64,000 bases of DNA from assembly GCA_963805085.1 (NCBI GenBank), contig CAWDTA010000004.1:160001-224000 (forward strand). The letters are read 5' to 3'. Of the stretch, positions 44,079 through 55,437 are shown piece after piece (within the stretch, counting starts at the first letter, position 1; each line of letters begins with the position of its first letter). A program made the translations under genes and the position numbers. The notes under the pieces are model-generated. The model ran no database searches, was not told the DNA's origin, and was given only the letters and a program-made list of their open reading frames with translations. The DNA comes from an uncultured Veillonellaceae bacterium. GTDB lineage: Bacteria; Bacillota; Negativicutes; JARBTT01.

Positions 44079-46787
44079 TTATTCATATCGTTTTATTGGC
44101 AATGTAAAACAAATTACTGCTCCACCAGCACTCCGATTCATCGCATAGATTTTCCCTTTATGTGCCTCAATAATTCCTCTGCATATTGATAAGCCAAGTC
44201 CTGTTCCGGTAACTTTTTTGGGTTGCTCTACACGATAGAATTTATTGAAAATTTTTTCTAAATCTTCGGTAGGTATTCCGCTACCATGATCCATAATCGA
44301 TATTTCTATTTCATTATTCAGTTTTTTTGCACGAATCGTAATTTCCGCCTGATGTTCCGAGTACTTTATTGCATTATCAATCAGATTAACAAAAACTTGC
44401 TCAATTAAAACGCAGTCGGCCTTAATCAAAGGTAAATCTTGTTCAATATGTATCGTAAGCTGATTATTCTTAATAAGATCGCCCATCCGCCTCAATGTCG
44501 CACCAATGATATCTTCAATATCACACCAATCCGACTTAATCTCCATCATACCACTTTCCAGGCGAGCTGTATCTAACAAATTGCCAATCAATCGTTCCAT
44601 GCGAAGTGAGCTATCTTTTATATTATTGAGCAGTTCGGTCCTATCTTGTTTATTATATAAATGCTCTGCTTCTAATAAGGTAGAGACAGAACCCATAATC
44701 GCCGATAAAGGCGTTTTTAATTCATGAGAAATAGAGTTAAATAATGCCGTCCGTAATTTATCCGCTTCAATTAGCATATCCGTATGTCGTGCTTGTTCTG
44801 CCAAACTCACTCTTTCCATTGCCACGGCTGCAAGTCTGACCCAAGCATCAATCAAACGTCTCTCCGTCGGTGTTAATTTTTGCTGTGCTAAGTATACACC
44901 AAATACCCCAAACACCTGTTTCTGGCTATAAATTGGTACATATAAATAATTCCCGCCCGGTAAAGTATCCGTAGATCGGCCTGCAGGCTGTTTATTTTTA
45001 TAAACCCATGCAACCACTGCTGCCTCAGCATCACTGAGTGTCGTTACCACCGTTTTGTCATTTGATTTATTTAATTCTGGGTCAAAGTTAGTTTCATTTT
45101 CTATTTTTCCCTCTTCATTGGTAAGCAAAACAATAATCTTTCGTTCAATTGTTTCACCGGCTTGTCTAGCTAAACTTCGCGCTATTGCTTCTGTATCGAC
45201 GACAGCGGCAATATCACGACTAAACTCATAAACTGCTCTAGTACTTTTTTCTTGTTGCCTAGCTTGTTTGGTTTCCTTTTTTAAATCATTTGTCCGCCCG
45301 CCTATTAAAGCTGACAGCAGTAAAAAAATAACAAAACTCCATGCATACCGTATGTCCCCAATAGAAAAAGTCATGATTGGTTCGATGAAATAAAAATCTA
45401 ATGCCAAAATACCAGTGATTGCACTAAGATAAGATGGCCACTTGCCCCACCAAATTGCACTAAGTAATACAGGGAGAATATATAAAAATGCAATATTAAT
45501 CACTTCTAATTGTGTTTTGAACAACCAACCAACTATAGTAATCGTTGCAACCATAAGTAAACTTAGCCCAAAATGACTTGGACTATCCGTAGATTGGCTA
45601 CTTTTGGTTTTTACTACAGGTTCAGATTCCTTTTCCTTTGTCCCGCGAATCACATATACATTGATATTCCCACTGCGCCTGATGACATTATCCACTACAG
45701 ACCCACGGAAAAAATCCGAAAATTTACTATGATTTGGTTTACCGACAACAATCGCAGTAATATTTTGTTTACTCGCAATGTCTATCATTTCATCCACTAG
45801 ATTTTGTCCAACAATCGTTAATGTTTTCGCACCCAGCTCTTCTGCCAAACGCATGTTTTTTGCAATGCGATCGCGCTCTTTTTCTCCAATAGGAAAATGC
45901 ATTTTTTCCGCTTCAATATGTACAGCCAAAAGTTCCGAACGCAAGCCGGTTGCCAACCTGCTCGCCGCTCGAATTAACTGCGCTGAAAAAGGACTGCCAC
46001 TTACACATACCATAACTCTTCCAGAGGCGGGCCATGGACCTTCTATATAATGTTCACGCATATATTCTTCTAAATCTTTATCGACACGTTGTGCCGTAAA
46101 CCTAAGAGAAAGTTCCCTAAGCGCACTAATATTGCCCTGTCTAAAAAATTTTTTTGCCGCTCTTTCTGCTTGCGCTGGTATATAAATCTTACCATCGCGC
46201 AAGCGCTGCATTAAATTTTCCGGGGCAATATCAATTAATTGTACCGTATCAGCTTCTTCAATTACATAATCAGGCACTGTCTCTCTTACAATAACACCTG
46301 TAATTTGCGCAACAATATCATTTAGACTTTCAATATGTTGTACATTTAACGTCGTATATACATGTATCCCTGCTTCTAACAGTTCTTCTACATCTTGATA
46401 TCGCCTCACATGGCGAGAACCTGGCACATTCGTATGGGCGAGTTCATCCACTAAAACAATTTCTGGCTTTAACTTTAAGATTGCATCAGTGTCCATTTCT
46501 GCAAGCTCTTTATCACGATAATGAAGGATTGCAGGGGCTACTCTTGATAACCCCTCAACCATTTTTTCCGTTTCGCCCCGTCCATGTGTTTCAACCCAGC
46601 CAATAACAATATTTTTTTCTTCACCGATTTGCTCATGGGCCGTTTTAAGCATCGTAAAAGTTTTACCAACACCAGCAATTGCCCCTAAAAATACCGTTAG
46701 TTTACCACGGTTTTCTTTTTGAATTTTTTTTAACAATGCTTCTGGACTTGGGCGATTCGTCATTTGTTTCTCAGTGAACATAGACAT
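44079..46787 (-). CDS. kdpD: Sensor kinase KdpD
   Basis: GVGKT, VDELAHTN, USP domain, TM helices, GAF and SHELKTPL. Confidence 0.96.
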   Translation of the reverse strand: MSMFTEKQMTNRPSPEALLKKIQKENRGKLTVFLGAIAGVGKTFTMLKTAHEQIGEEKNIVIGWVETHGRGETEKMVEGLSRVAPAILHYRDKELAEMDTDAILKLKPEIVLVDELAHTNVPGSRHVRRYQDVEELLEAGIHVYTTLNVQHIESLNDIVAQITGVIVRETVPDYVIEEADTVQLIDIAPENLMQRLRDGKIYIPAQAERAAKKFFRQGNISALRELSLRFTAQRVDKDLEEYMREHYIEGPWPASGRVMVCVSGSPFSAQLIRAASRLATGLRSELLAVHIEAEKMHFPIGEKERDRIAKNMRLAEELGAKTLTIVGQNLVDEMIDIASKQNITAIVVGKPNHSKFSDFFRGSVVDNVIRRSGNINVYVIRGTKEKESEPVVKTKSSQSTDSPSHFGLSLLMVATITIVGWLFKTQLEVINIAFLYILPVLLSAIWWGKWPSYLSAITGILALDFYFIEPIMTFSIGDIRYAWSFVIFLLLSALIGGRTNDLKKETKQARQQEKSTRAVYEFSRDIAAVVDTEAIARSLARQAGETIERKIIVLLTNEEGKIENETNFDPELNKSNDKTVVTTLSDAEAAVVAWVYKNKQPAGRSTDTLPGGNYLYVPIYSQKQVFGVFGVYLAQQKLTPTERRLIDAWVRLAAVAMERVSLAEQARHTDMLIEADKLRTALFNSISHELKTPLSAIMGSVSTLLEAEHLYNKQDRTELLNNIKDSSLRMERLIGNLLDTARLESGMMEIKSDWCDIEDIIGATLRRMGDLIKNNQLTIHIEQDLPLIKADCVLIEQVFVNLIDNAIKYSEHQAEITIRAKKLNNEIEISIMDHGSGIPTEDLEKIFNKFYRVEQPKKVTGTGLGLSICRGIIEAHKGKIYAMNRSAGGAVICFTLPIKRYE

Positions 46788-46798
46788 ACCCCTAACTT

Positions 46799-47377
46799 TT
46801 ATTTTGTTACTTCATCTAAAGCTAAGTTTAAGCTTACTACATTGACTCTTTTTTCACCTAAAAATCCGATTTGTGGATTTTCGGTATTCTTTTCAATTAA
46901 TGCGAGTGTTTGCTCTTCGGTAAGATTTCTTGCTTTTGCTACTCTTTGTACTTGTATTTGCGCAGCAGCAGCAGTTATATGAGGATCAAGACCACTACCA
47001 GAAGCCGTAACCAAATCACTAGGAACAATTGCATTTTCAGCTAAACCATTTTCAAGCCGTATTTGTTCGGCTCGCTCAGCAATGCTGGACAATAGCTTTT
47101 TACTCGTTGGACCTAAATTTGATCCAGCGGAGCCTGCCGCATCATAGCCATCATCACCAGCAACCGATGGCCGACCATGAAAATAACCATCACTAGAAAA
47201 ATTTTGTCCAATTAATTTTGACCCCACTAAATTTCCTTGCTTATAAATAAGCGAACCATTTGCTTGTTCAGGAAATATAACTTGCGCAACCCCTGTCATC
47301 CCCAAAGGATAGATCACGCCTAATACCACTGTCATTAGTATTAACATTCTAATCGCACTATTAACTTCTTTCAACAT
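46799..47377 (-). CDS. kdpC: K+-ATPase subunit C
   Basis: ANGSLI, YFHGRPS and TASGSGLDPHI motifs. Confidence 0.96.
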   Translation of the reverse strand: MLKEVNSAIRMLILMTVVLGVIYPLGMTGVAQVIFPEQANGSLIYKQGNLVGSKLIGQNFSSDGYFHGRPSVAGDDGYDAAGSAGSNLGPTSKKLLSSIAERAEQIRLENGLAENAIVPSDLVTASGSGLDPHITAAAAQIQVQRVAKARNLTEEQTLALIEKNTENPQIGFLGEKRVNVVSLNLALDEVTK

Positions 47378-47398
47378 TTATCTTCAACCTCCTTTTCA

Positions 47399-49432
47399 TC
47401 AGCCAACAATATTTAACGCTACTAAAATCATATCAATGATTTTAATGCCAATAAACGGTACAACTAATCCACCCAAGCCATAAATAAATAGATTTTGTCT
47501 TAGAATCGTTGCCGCACCAACAGGTTTATATTTAACACCTTTTAATGCCAAAGGGATTAAACCAATAATAATCAAAGCATTAAAAATCACTGCACTTAAA
47601 ATCGCACTGTCTGGTGTAGCCAGTTGCATAATATTAAATACGCCAAGTGCTGGATAAGTACTTACAAACATCGCTGGGATAATCGCAAAATATTTTGCTA
47701 CATCATTTGCAATACTAAATGTCGTCAGCGAACCACGTGTCATTAAAAGTTGTTTTCCTATTTCCACAATCTCAATTAATTTCGTTGGATTCGAGTCTAA
47801 GTCAACCATATTCCCAGCTTCTTTAGCGGCTTGTGTCCCGCTATTCATCGCTACCCCAACATCAGCTTGTGCTAATGCTGGTGCATCATTGGTACCATCG
47901 CCTGTCATCGCTACTAACATACCACGTTCTTGATAGTCACGAATCATTTTTAGTTTCGCTTCTGGCGTTGCTTCCGCAAGAAAATCATCCACCCCTGCTT
48001 CAGCCGCAATAGCAGCCGCTGTAAGTGGGTTATCACCAGTAATCATCACTGTTTTTATGCCCATTTGTCTTAATTCACGAAAACGTTCTTTAATCCCGCC
48101 TTTGACAATATCTTTTAAATGAATCGTACCAAGTACTTTTTCTCCCTTAGCTACCACAAGCGGTGTTCCACCACTTTTAGCAATGCGTTCACTGGCTTGC
48201 CGTACATCGGCTGGTAAAGTTCCACCTTTTTCTTTCGTATATCTTTCAATGGCATCCACTGAACCTTTACGGATTTGTAAATTTTCCATATTTACACCGC
48301 TCATGCGCGTTTGTGCAGTAAAAGGTACAAATTCAGCATGTAGTGCATTCAAATCACGTTCTCTTAATCCATACCGTTCTTTCGCTAATACAACAACACT
48401 CCGCCCTTCCGGGGTTTCATCCGCAAGTGAAGATAATTGGGCTATATCTGCCATTTCTTCTTCACTCACACCAACTGCCGGAATAAATTCGGTAGCCATT
48501 CTATTCCCTAATGTAATCGTACCAGTCTTATCTAATAAGAGTACATTGACATCACCAGCAGCTTCCACTGCTCTACCAGACATCGCTAGTACATTACGTT
48601 TAAGTAGTCGATCCATACCGGCGATACCAATCGAACTTAGCAAGCCACCAATCGTTGTGGGAATTAAACAAACAAGCAGTGCCATTAACATAGTAACCGA
48701 AATGGTCGTTCCCGAATAAATCGCAAACGGCTCAATCGTCACAACTGCCACTAAAAATATAATCGATAAGCTAACCAGTAAAATGGTCAATGCAATTTCA
48801 TTTGGGGTTTTTTGTCGTTTTGCCCCTTCGACTAAACTAATCATACGATCCAAAAAAGTTTCACCAGGGTTTGCCGTAACCTTGACTTTAATCCAGTCTG
48901 ATAATACTCTTGTACCACCAGTTACAGAGGATTTGTCTCCACCTGATTCACGAATGACCGGTGCTGATTCTCCCGTCACTGCACTTTCATCAACCGTTGC
49001 CATTCCTTCAATAATTTCACCATCACTCGGAATTAAGCTTCCGGCTTCAACCAATAATACATCACCTTTTCTTAGCGTATCACCATCTACCAGTTGCCAA
49101 GCTTCATTCACTAGTTTTTTTGCTTGTGTATGACTGCGTGTTGTTCTAAGGGATTGTGCCTGCGCTTTGCCACGCCCTTCAGCGATTGCTTCGGCAAAAT
49201 TAGCAAACAAAACCGTAAACCATAACCATAAACTGATTTGGCTCACAAGAAAAATCGACTGTGTACTACTGATTACTTCATGAATCGCTATATACGTCGT
49301 CAATATTGCTCCGATATAAACAATAAACATGACAGGACTTTTTATTTGAACGGCGGGATGGAGTTTTTTAAACGAATCGCCAATTGCCGCGGTTATTATT
49401 TTTGTATCAAGACTATTTTTTTGCGCATTCAT
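47399..49432 (-). CDS. kdpB: K+-ATPase subunit B
   Basis: TGES, IPTTIGG, DKTGT and GDGTND motifs. Confidence 0.97.
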   Translation of the reverse strand: MNAQKNSLDTKIITAAIGDSFKKLHPAVQIKSPVMFIVYIGAILTTYIAIHEVISSTQSIFLVSQISLWLWFTVLFANFAEAIAEGRGKAQAQSLRTTRSHTQAKKLVNEAWQLVDGDTLRKGDVLLVEAGSLIPSDGEIIEGMATVDESAVTGESAPVIRESGGDKSSVTGGTRVLSDWIKVKVTANPGETFLDRMISLVEGAKRQKTPNEIALTILLVSLSIIFLVAVVTIEPFAIYSGTTISVTMLMALLVCLIPTTIGGLLSSIGIAGMDRLLKRNVLAMSGRAVEAAGDVNVLLLDKTGTITLGNRMATEFIPAVGVSEEEMADIAQLSSLADETPEGRSVVVLAKERYGLRERDLNALHAEFVPFTAQTRMSGVNMENLQIRKGSVDAIERYTKEKGGTLPADVRQASERIAKSGGTPLVVAKGEKVLGTIHLKDIVKGGIKERFRELRQMGIKTVMITGDNPLTAAAIAAEAGVDDFLAEATPEAKLKMIRDYQERGMLVAMTGDGTNDAPALAQADVGVAMNSGTQAAKEAGNMVDLDSNPTKLIEIVEIGKQLLMTRGSLTTFSIANDVAKYFAIIPAMFVSTYPALGVFNIMQLATPDSAILSAVIFNALIIIGLIPLALKGVKYKPVGAATILRQNLFIYGLGGLVVPFIGIKIIDMILVALNIVG

Positions 49433-49447
49433 ATGCTGTACGCTCCT

Positions 49448-51154
49448 TTAAAATGTAATTCCTTGTAACATTAATACGTGTTCTACGATCGGCCCTAACG
49501 ATAATGCTGGTAAAAATGTCAATGCACCAACAATTAATATGATGCCAATGAGCAATACCACAAACGTTATACTCGTTGTTTCAAATGTACCTAAACTGAT
49601 CGGTGCTGTTTTCTTTTCGGCCATACTGCCAGCCACTGCCAACATCGGAATAATAACACCAAATCGTCCGAGTAACATCGAAGCTCCCAGCATCAAATCA
49701 TAAAATACTGTATTTGCAGTTAACCCTGCAAAAGCACTGCCATTATTCGCAGCTGCCGAAGTAAAGGCATATAAAATTTCACTAAGACCATGTGGACCGT
49801 CATTATTTAATCCAGCTAAACCAGCGTCAACTACTGAAGCGATTGCACTAAATAATAAAATCGTTACTGAGGGAATAAGTAAGGCAATCATTACCCATTT
49901 CATTTCTCTTGCTTCAATTTTTTTCCCCAGATATTCTGGCGTTCTGCCCACCATCAAGCCAACAATAAATACTGTTACCATGACGTATACCATCATGCCA
50001 TAAAAACCAGCGCCAACACCTCCAAAAACAATTTCACCGAGCATCATTTGTAGTAGTGGTACTAAGCCACCAAGTGGCGTTAAACTATCATGCATATTAT
50101 TTACTGCACCACAAGAAGCTGCCGTAGTAACCGTCGTAAATAAGGAAGAACCACCTAAGCCAAAGCGAACCTCTTTTCCTTCCATCGAAGTCGGTTCACT
50201 TATATTCATTTGAGCAATCATTGGATTGCCATTTAGCTCACTATAATAATTGGTACCAAGCATCATCACAAATAAAATAATCATTGCCCCTGCGATCGCA
50301 AAACCTTGCTTTTTATTTTCTGTCATGATACCAAACATAAAGACTAAACCTAATGGAATCACAAAGATTGCTAGCATTTGTACAAAATTAGTGAAAGGGG
50401 TAGGATTTTCAAATGGATGAGCAGAATTCGCATTAAAGAATCCACCACCATTGGTCCCTAACATTTTTATTGCTTCTTGAGAAGCTACTGGCCCCATCGC
50501 AATTGTTTGCTCTGCGCCTTCAACTGTTTGTACCGTCTGATACGCATCTAAATTTTGAATAACGCCTTGCTGTACAAATACAACAGTAAGTAAAATAGAA
50601 ATTGGCAATAGTATCCGCACCGTACAACGCACTAAATCACGCCAAAAGTTTCCGATAAGATTTGTTGTTTTCCGCGTTAAACCTCTGATAAAAGCAACCG
50701 CCACAGCACAACCTGTTGCTGCCGATAAAAAATTTTGGACAGTAAGTCCGACCATTTGGGTAAAATAACTTAAACTTGACTCACCGCTGTACGCTTGCCA
50801 ATTGGTATTGGTCATAAAACTTATGGCAGTATTTAATGCCAAATGCCACGTTTCTACAGCTGCAAAATTCTGCGGATTGAATGGTAAGAGCTGTTGCGTA
50901 AGCTGAACAATAAACACTAGCACTGTTCCCAACACATTAAACAAAATAAGAGCTACCGCATACTGCCGCCAATTCATCTCTTTGTTTTCATTAACACCAG
51001 CAAAACGATAAATTAACTTTTCTATTGGTAAAAATAATTTCCCTAGTTTTGGGTTTTCTCCATAAAATACTTTCGCCATGTAGTTCCCTAATGGGAAAGC
51101 CATCGCGATAAGCACTGCTATAAAAGTGACAAACAAAAAAATATCTGTAAACAT
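49448..51154 (-). CDS. kdpA: K+-ATPase subunit A
   Basis: TNTNWQAYSGE, LGTNGGG, ASCGAVN and ANNGSAFAG motifs. Confidence 0.97.
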   Translation of the reverse strand: MFTDIFLFVTFIAVLIAMAFPLGNYMAKVFYGENPKLGKLFLPIEKLIYRFAGVNENKEMNWRQYAVALILFNVLGTVLVFIVQLTQQLLPFNPQNFAAVETWHLALNTAISFMTNTNWQAYSGESSLSYFTQMVGLTVQNFLSAATGCAVAVAFIRGLTRKTTNLIGNFWRDLVRCTVRILLPISILLTVVFVQQGVIQNLDAYQTVQTVEGAEQTIAMGPVASQEAIKMLGTNGGGFFNANSAHPFENPTPFTNFVQMLAIFVIPLGLVFMFGIMTENKKQGFAIAGAMIILFVMMLGTNYYSELNGNPMIAQMNISEPTSMEGKEVRFGLGGSSLFTTVTTAASCGAVNNMHDSLTPLGGLVPLLQMMLGEIVFGGVGAGFYGMMVYVMVTVFIVGLMVGRTPEYLGKKIEAREMKWVMIALLIPSVTILLFSAIASVVDAGLAGLNNDGPHGLSEILYAFTSAAANNGSAFAGLTANTVFYDLMLGASMLLGRFGVIIPMLAVAGSMAEKKTAPISLGTFETTSITFVVLLIGIILIVGALTFLPALSLGPIVEHVLMLQGITF

Positions 51155-51155
51155 G

Positions 51156-51242
51156 CTAAAATTCCTCCGGTTTCATTAAAACATAAACTAAATAAACGAA
51201 TATTCCTCCAGCCAAAATAGCGGCTAACCATAAATCATTCAC
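51156..51242 (-). CDS. kdpF: K+-ATPase subunit F (28 aa; not in ORF track)
   Basis: GAGGAGG RBS, GTG start; MNDLWLAAILAGGIFVYLVYVLMKPEEF carries the KdpF-type YL...L..PE.F ending. Confidence 0.9.
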   Translation of the reverse strand: MNDLWLAAILAGGIFVYLVYVLMKPEEF

Positions 51243-51321
51243 ACCAATTATCCTCCTCTCCACTTCGTGTCTACATTATAGATCCATTTACAGTAAAGAT
51301 GGCGTCAGTAATCAATCTATC

Positions 51322-51345
51322 GATGTAAAGAAATTGTAAAGATTT
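51322..51345 (-). promoter_or_regulatory. Putative KdpE binding site
   Basis: Direct repeat TCTTTACA-ATT-TCTTTACA upstream of kdpF. Confidence 0.55.
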
Positions 51346-51371
51346 CTCACTCTATAGCTATTTTATTATTA

Positions 51372-51430
51372 TTGACAAAACTTATTTAAAATAGTAAAAT
51401 AATTAGCATCGTTAATTAACTAGTTAACTA
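51372..51430 (+). promoter_or_regulatory. marR promoter and operator palindromes
   Basis: TTGACA-17-TAAAAT followed by GTTAATTAAC and TTAACTAGTTAA palindromes. Confidence 0.65.
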
Positions 51431-51467
51431 ATTATATAGTTTATTGTAAGGAGGAATTACAATTTTA

Positions 51468-51911
51468 ATGGATTCTGATCGTTTAGTTCATGTGTTACAT
51501 CAATCGGTCCGTAGTATTGGCAGCGGCTTAAATTTTATATTAGAACCGCACGGTATCTATAGCTCCGAATGGTCTATCATCACGACTTTATATCACAAAA
51601 AAAATATTTCACAAAAAGAATTAGCCCACTACCTAAGTATCGAACCTGCTGCTATTTCAAAAACAGTAGTTAAATTGGAGAAAAAGGGCTACATAGACCG
51701 TAAAGAAGGCCTAGATAAACGCGAAAAAATAGTTTTTCTCACTCTATTGGCTTTAGAGAAATATCCTACTTGGCAAAACCTTGTTGCCAAGCATCGCCAA
51801 GCACTACTGGCCAATACTACCCCTATAGAACAACAAACTTTGTATGATCTATTAACGAAAATTTATAAAAATGCCGAAAATTTCACACAGGTATTCAAAG
51901 GAGATGCATAA
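51468..51911 (+). CDS. MarR-family regulator
   Basis: SQKELA..LSIEPAAISKTVVKLEKKGYI..DKRE wHTH motif. Confidence 0.93.
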   Translation: MDSDRLVHVLHQSVRSIGSGLNFILEPHGIYSSEWSIITTLYHKKNISQKELAHYLSIEPAAISKTVVKLEKKGYIDRKEGLDKREKIVFLTLLALEKYPTWQNLVAKHRQALLANTTPIEQQTLYDLLTKIYKNAENFTQVFKGDA

Positions 51912-53171
51912 ATGCAACCACTGATCAAAGAGGCACTTTGGACTAAAAATTACAATATCACTATACTCGCTATGCTATTAATTTTTGTCCCATATTCTTT
52001 ATATTTACCAATTTTACCGCTTTATATCGTTGAAGATTTACAAGGATCTATGCAAATAGCAGGTTTATCTAACGCCATCTTCTTGCTGGCTTCTGTATTA
52101 TTCCGTACCCAGACAGCCCGTCTTGAAAATGTGTTTGGTACAAAAATGACGATTAAAGCCAGCTGCTTTATGTTCTTAATTGCCAACGGCTTACTGATGT
52201 TTACCACAAATCTTTATGCTATTTTAGGTATTCGCTTTTTTGGTGGTATCTGCTTTGCCACCATCAATACATCCATTATGGCCCTCGGGTGTCAATTCGC
52301 TCCAGACTCGCGGAAAGGTGAAGGGATCTCTTATTTAACCACCGTTATTACCGCTGGATCTGCCATTGGTCCTTTTATCGGTCTTTATATTGCTCATGAG
52401 TTGAATTATAATGCAGTTTTTATTTTTTGCACTGTACTTACTTTTCTAGGCTTTATTTTATTACCATTTATTGATATGAACAGTGAAAAAAACGCTGAAA
52501 AATCATCACTTTACTCTTTTACCTTGCAAGATATTCTTGAAATGCCAGTCATACCAATTTGCATTGTTACCTTACTAACATCGATTGCTTATTCTGGCGT
52601 TCTTTCTTTTGTGGCTGTTTATGCAACTCAATTACACATTATCAATGCTAGTAGCTATTACTTTGTTGTAATGGCAATGTTCTCACTATTAATTCGCTTG
52701 GTTAGTGGTAAAATATTAGATCGCTTTGGTGCAAATATTGTACTTTATCCTTGCTTCCTGTTCCTTGCCATAGGACTATTAATTCTTTCCTATACGAGTG
52801 GTTTCTTTAGCATGATGGTATCTGCCGCTTTTATCGGTATTGGTTATGGCGTAATCGTGCCAACGATACAAACACTGGCAATCAAAGCTTCTTCACCAAA
52901 ACGTGTTAGCATTGTCACTGCAACCTATTTTACTTGCTTAGATTTGGGCCTTGCAATCGGCGCTTATCTCCTTGGTGCCATGGCGCCACTTTTGGGCTAT
53001 AGTATGATATATCTTATTTTAGTACCATTCACGCTTTGTATTCTTGTGTTATACTATTTTATCTACGGTCGCAATGCCAATGCTGTACATAAAACAAATT
53101 TATATCCAACAGCACAACCTCTAAAGCTCACCGACCTTAGTAATGAAACTCAAAAATCAGGCAACCTATAA
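51912..53171 (+). CDS. MFS transporter
   Basis: LWTKNY, RKGEGISY and GKILDRFG motifs; about 12 TM helices. Confidence 0.92.
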   Translation: MQPLIKEALWTKNYNITILAMLLIFVPYSLYLPILPLYIVEDLQGSMQIAGLSNAIFLLASVLFRTQTARLENVFGTKMTIKASCFMFLIANGLLMFTTNLYAILGIRFFGGICFATINTSIMALGCQFAPDSRKGEGISYLTTVITAGSAIGPFIGLYIAHELNYNAVFIFCTVLTFLGFILLPFIDMNSEKNAEKSSLYSFTLQDILEMPVIPICIVTLLTSIAYSGVLSFVAVYATQLHIINASSYYFVVMAMFSLLIRLVSGKILDRFGANIVLYPCFLFLAIGLLILSYTSGFFSMMVSAAFIGIGYGVIVPTIQTLAIKASSPKRVSIVTATYFTCLDLGLAIGAYLLGAMAPLLGYSMIYLILVPFTLCILVLYYFIYGRNANAVHKTNLYPTAQPLKLTDLSNETQKSGNL

Positions 53172-53244
53172 CGAATTCAAAAGGGAGCAACTGCACATGA
53201 GCATGCAGTTGCTCCCTTTTTGTATAAAAAAACTTATTGGCTCC

Positions 53245-54729
53245 TTACAACAAAGGAGCGATCAGTCGATATACACCTTCTTGCATTCTCGCTAGCCGCC
53301 CTCGCTTATTATAATCTTCTGCAGTAAATCGACTTGCTATCCTTAAGTCATTACGAAAAATATCTGCGCAACGTTTGCTGATGCCGTTACCGTACATAAA
53401 GGAATTTACTTCGAAGTTTAAGGCAAAGCTTCGCATATCCATATTTGCTGAACCAATCGATACAATTTCTTCATCAATTAATAGCATTTTTGCATGAAGA
53501 AAGCCCGGGTAAAAAAAAACTTCAATTCCATAAGAGAGCAGCTCACCTAGATAAGAAATTGTCACTTTATGGGCAATGATATTATCCGTTTTAGAGGGTG
53601 CCATGATGGCGATCTTTATTCCTGACATCGCCGCAATTTTTAATGCTTCTAAGAAACAATCATCTGGCACAAAATATGGTGTCTGAATATAAATATAGTT
53701 TTTTGCCGTATAAATTAACTTAACAAAATTCCATTTAATTTCTTCTTCCATCGTATCTGGGCCACTGGAGACGATCTGCATTTTTGTACTGCCCTGTTTC
53801 GTAAACTTTGGAAAGAAGCATTCGATATCATCAAATTGATTACGATAACGATAATGCGTTGCAAAATGCCAGTCATCAATAAATCTCATCTGCAATAAAT
53901 ACACGCTGCTTCCCATAATTCGAAGATGCGTGTCACGCCACGGAGCATTCTCTTGTAATAGGCCCATATATTCATCACCAATATTCATCCCCCCCAAATA
54001 ACCTATCTTACCATCAATCACAACAATTTTACGATGATTACGAAAATTAATTCTCAGATAATTGCCAACATTAATCGGAAAGAACCTTTCTACCTGAGCA
54101 CCACTATCAAGTAATGGTTGAAAGGTATTTACTGGTGTTAACATACAGCCGGCATGATCATAAAGGACTCTGACTTTTACCCCTGCCTTCGCCTTTCGAG
54201 CCAATACCTGAATAATCATCCTGCCAATCCTATCATTGCGAATGATAAAGTAAAGCATATGGATGCTAGTTTTAGCGTTTTCAATATCCTGAATCAATTG
54301 GCGATACTTATCCTTTGCCGTAATAAAAATATCAACATCATTGTCTGTTGTATAATGATTATTTCCTATATTAAGATTCAGGTTAACAAATTGTTGATAA
54401 TCTCTTTCAATCTGCACTTCCTCTTTAAATTTATTTGCCTCATCACGTAACTCGATTTTCCGCATGATTTTTTTCACATATTGATTATCATTATGTCGTT
54501 TATCATCCAATGTTTTCTTTTTTCGCATCAATACATTGCTACCAAAAAGTAAATATAACATAAAGCCTACAACTGGTAAAAAGGTCAGCGTCAAAATCCA
54601 GCTCAAAGCCAACGTCGGATTTTTTCGCTCAATACACAAGGTAAAAACAACAAATACAAAATTTGCCCCTATAATAAAGACCAACCATATGTTCATACTA
54701 AAAAGATCCATACAGTACGCTCCAATCAT
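53245..54729 (-). CDS. cls: Cardiolipin synthase
   Basis: Two HKD motifs (NHRKIVVIDG, HAKMLLID) and N-terminal TM helices. Confidence 0.94.
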   Translation of the reverse strand: MIGAYCMDLFSMNIWLVFIIGANFVFVVFTLCIERKNPTLALSWILTLTFLPVVGFMLYLLFGSNVLMRKKKTLDDKRHNDNQYVKKIMRKIELRDEANKFKEEVQIERDYQQFVNLNLNIGNNHYTTDNDVDIFITAKDKYRQLIQDIENAKTSIHMLYFIIRNDRIGRMIIQVLARKAKAGVKVRVLYDHAGCMLTPVNTFQPLLDSGAQVERFFPINVGNYLRINFRNHRKIVVIDGKIGYLGGMNIGDEYMGLLQENAPWRDTHLRIMGSSVYLLQMRFIDDWHFATHYRYRNQFDDIECFFPKFTKQGSTKMQIVSSGPDTMEEEIKWNFVKLIYTAKNYIYIQTPYFVPDDCFLEALKIAAMSGIKIAIMAPSKTDNIIAHKVTISYLGELLSYGIEVFFYPGFLHAKMLLIDEEIVSIGSANMDMRSFALNFEVNSFMYGNGISKRCADIFRNDLRIASRFTAEDYNKRGRLARMQEGVYRLIAPLL

Positions 54730-54833
54730 CTAGCGTTGTGATTACACTCTTACTATACAACGTATCCGATTTTGCTTAAAATATGCAAAAAGATAGCACT
54801 ACTTCAATCAAGCTGAAATGAGTGCTATCCTTT

Positions 54834-55430
54834 TTAGTTTTCAATGCCAAGGCGTGCTTCTATCCCTTTGGTGTAATAATGTTTTACCTCTTGCATCTCA
54901 GTTACCAAATCAGCACAATCTATAATTTCTCGTGGTGCACCGCGCCCCGTTAATACAACCTCAACAGTTGCTAACTTACTCGCCAAAATATCTTGCACAT
55001 CAGGTAGTGAAATGAGTCCAAAGAATAGCGCCACATTGATTTCATCCAAAATAACGATATCGTACTGCCCACTTGTTACAGCTTCCTTCGCTCTAACAAT
55101 GCCTGTTTTCATCAAAGCTAAATAATCAGCTGGCGGCTTACCGGGTGGAAACACCACAATATCATCGCCCCATTTTGCTAGTTCAGCTTTACTGAGCATC
55201 CCTTCCTTGACGATAAAAAATGGCTTACCAGTCGTTTCTAAGGTTAGATTATCAGATAAATTTACTAAGATCATATGTTCGCTATATATCTTACTTTTCA
55301 TAAATTGCAAAAATAGAATTCTCTTTCCTGCCCCTAAGGCACGAATTGCGAGTCCGATTGCTGCCGTTGTTTTCCCCTTACCATTGCCTGTATAAACTTG
55401 AATATAGCCTTGCAAACGATTCACCTCCAC
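54834..55430 (-). CDS. cobO: Cob(I)yrinate adenosyltransferase (CobO/BtuR family)
   Basis: YTGNGKGKTTAA, LQFMK, ILDEIN and LTGR motifs. Confidence 0.88.
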   Translation of the reverse strand: MEVNRLQGYIQVYTGNGKGKTTAAIGLAIRALGAGKRILFLQFMKSKIYSEHMILVNLSDNLTLETTGKPFFIVKEGMLSKAELAKWGDDIVVFPPGKPPADYLALMKTGIVRAKEAVTSGQYDIVILDEINVALFFGLISLPDVQDILASKLATVEVVLTGRGAPREIIDCADLVTEMQEVKHYYTKGIEARLGIEN

Positions 55431-55437
55431 TCATAAA

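Noticed and set aside
53511-53519. A9 tract in cls
   Set aside because: It is in frame (encodes VFFY) and unremarkable in an AT-rich genome.
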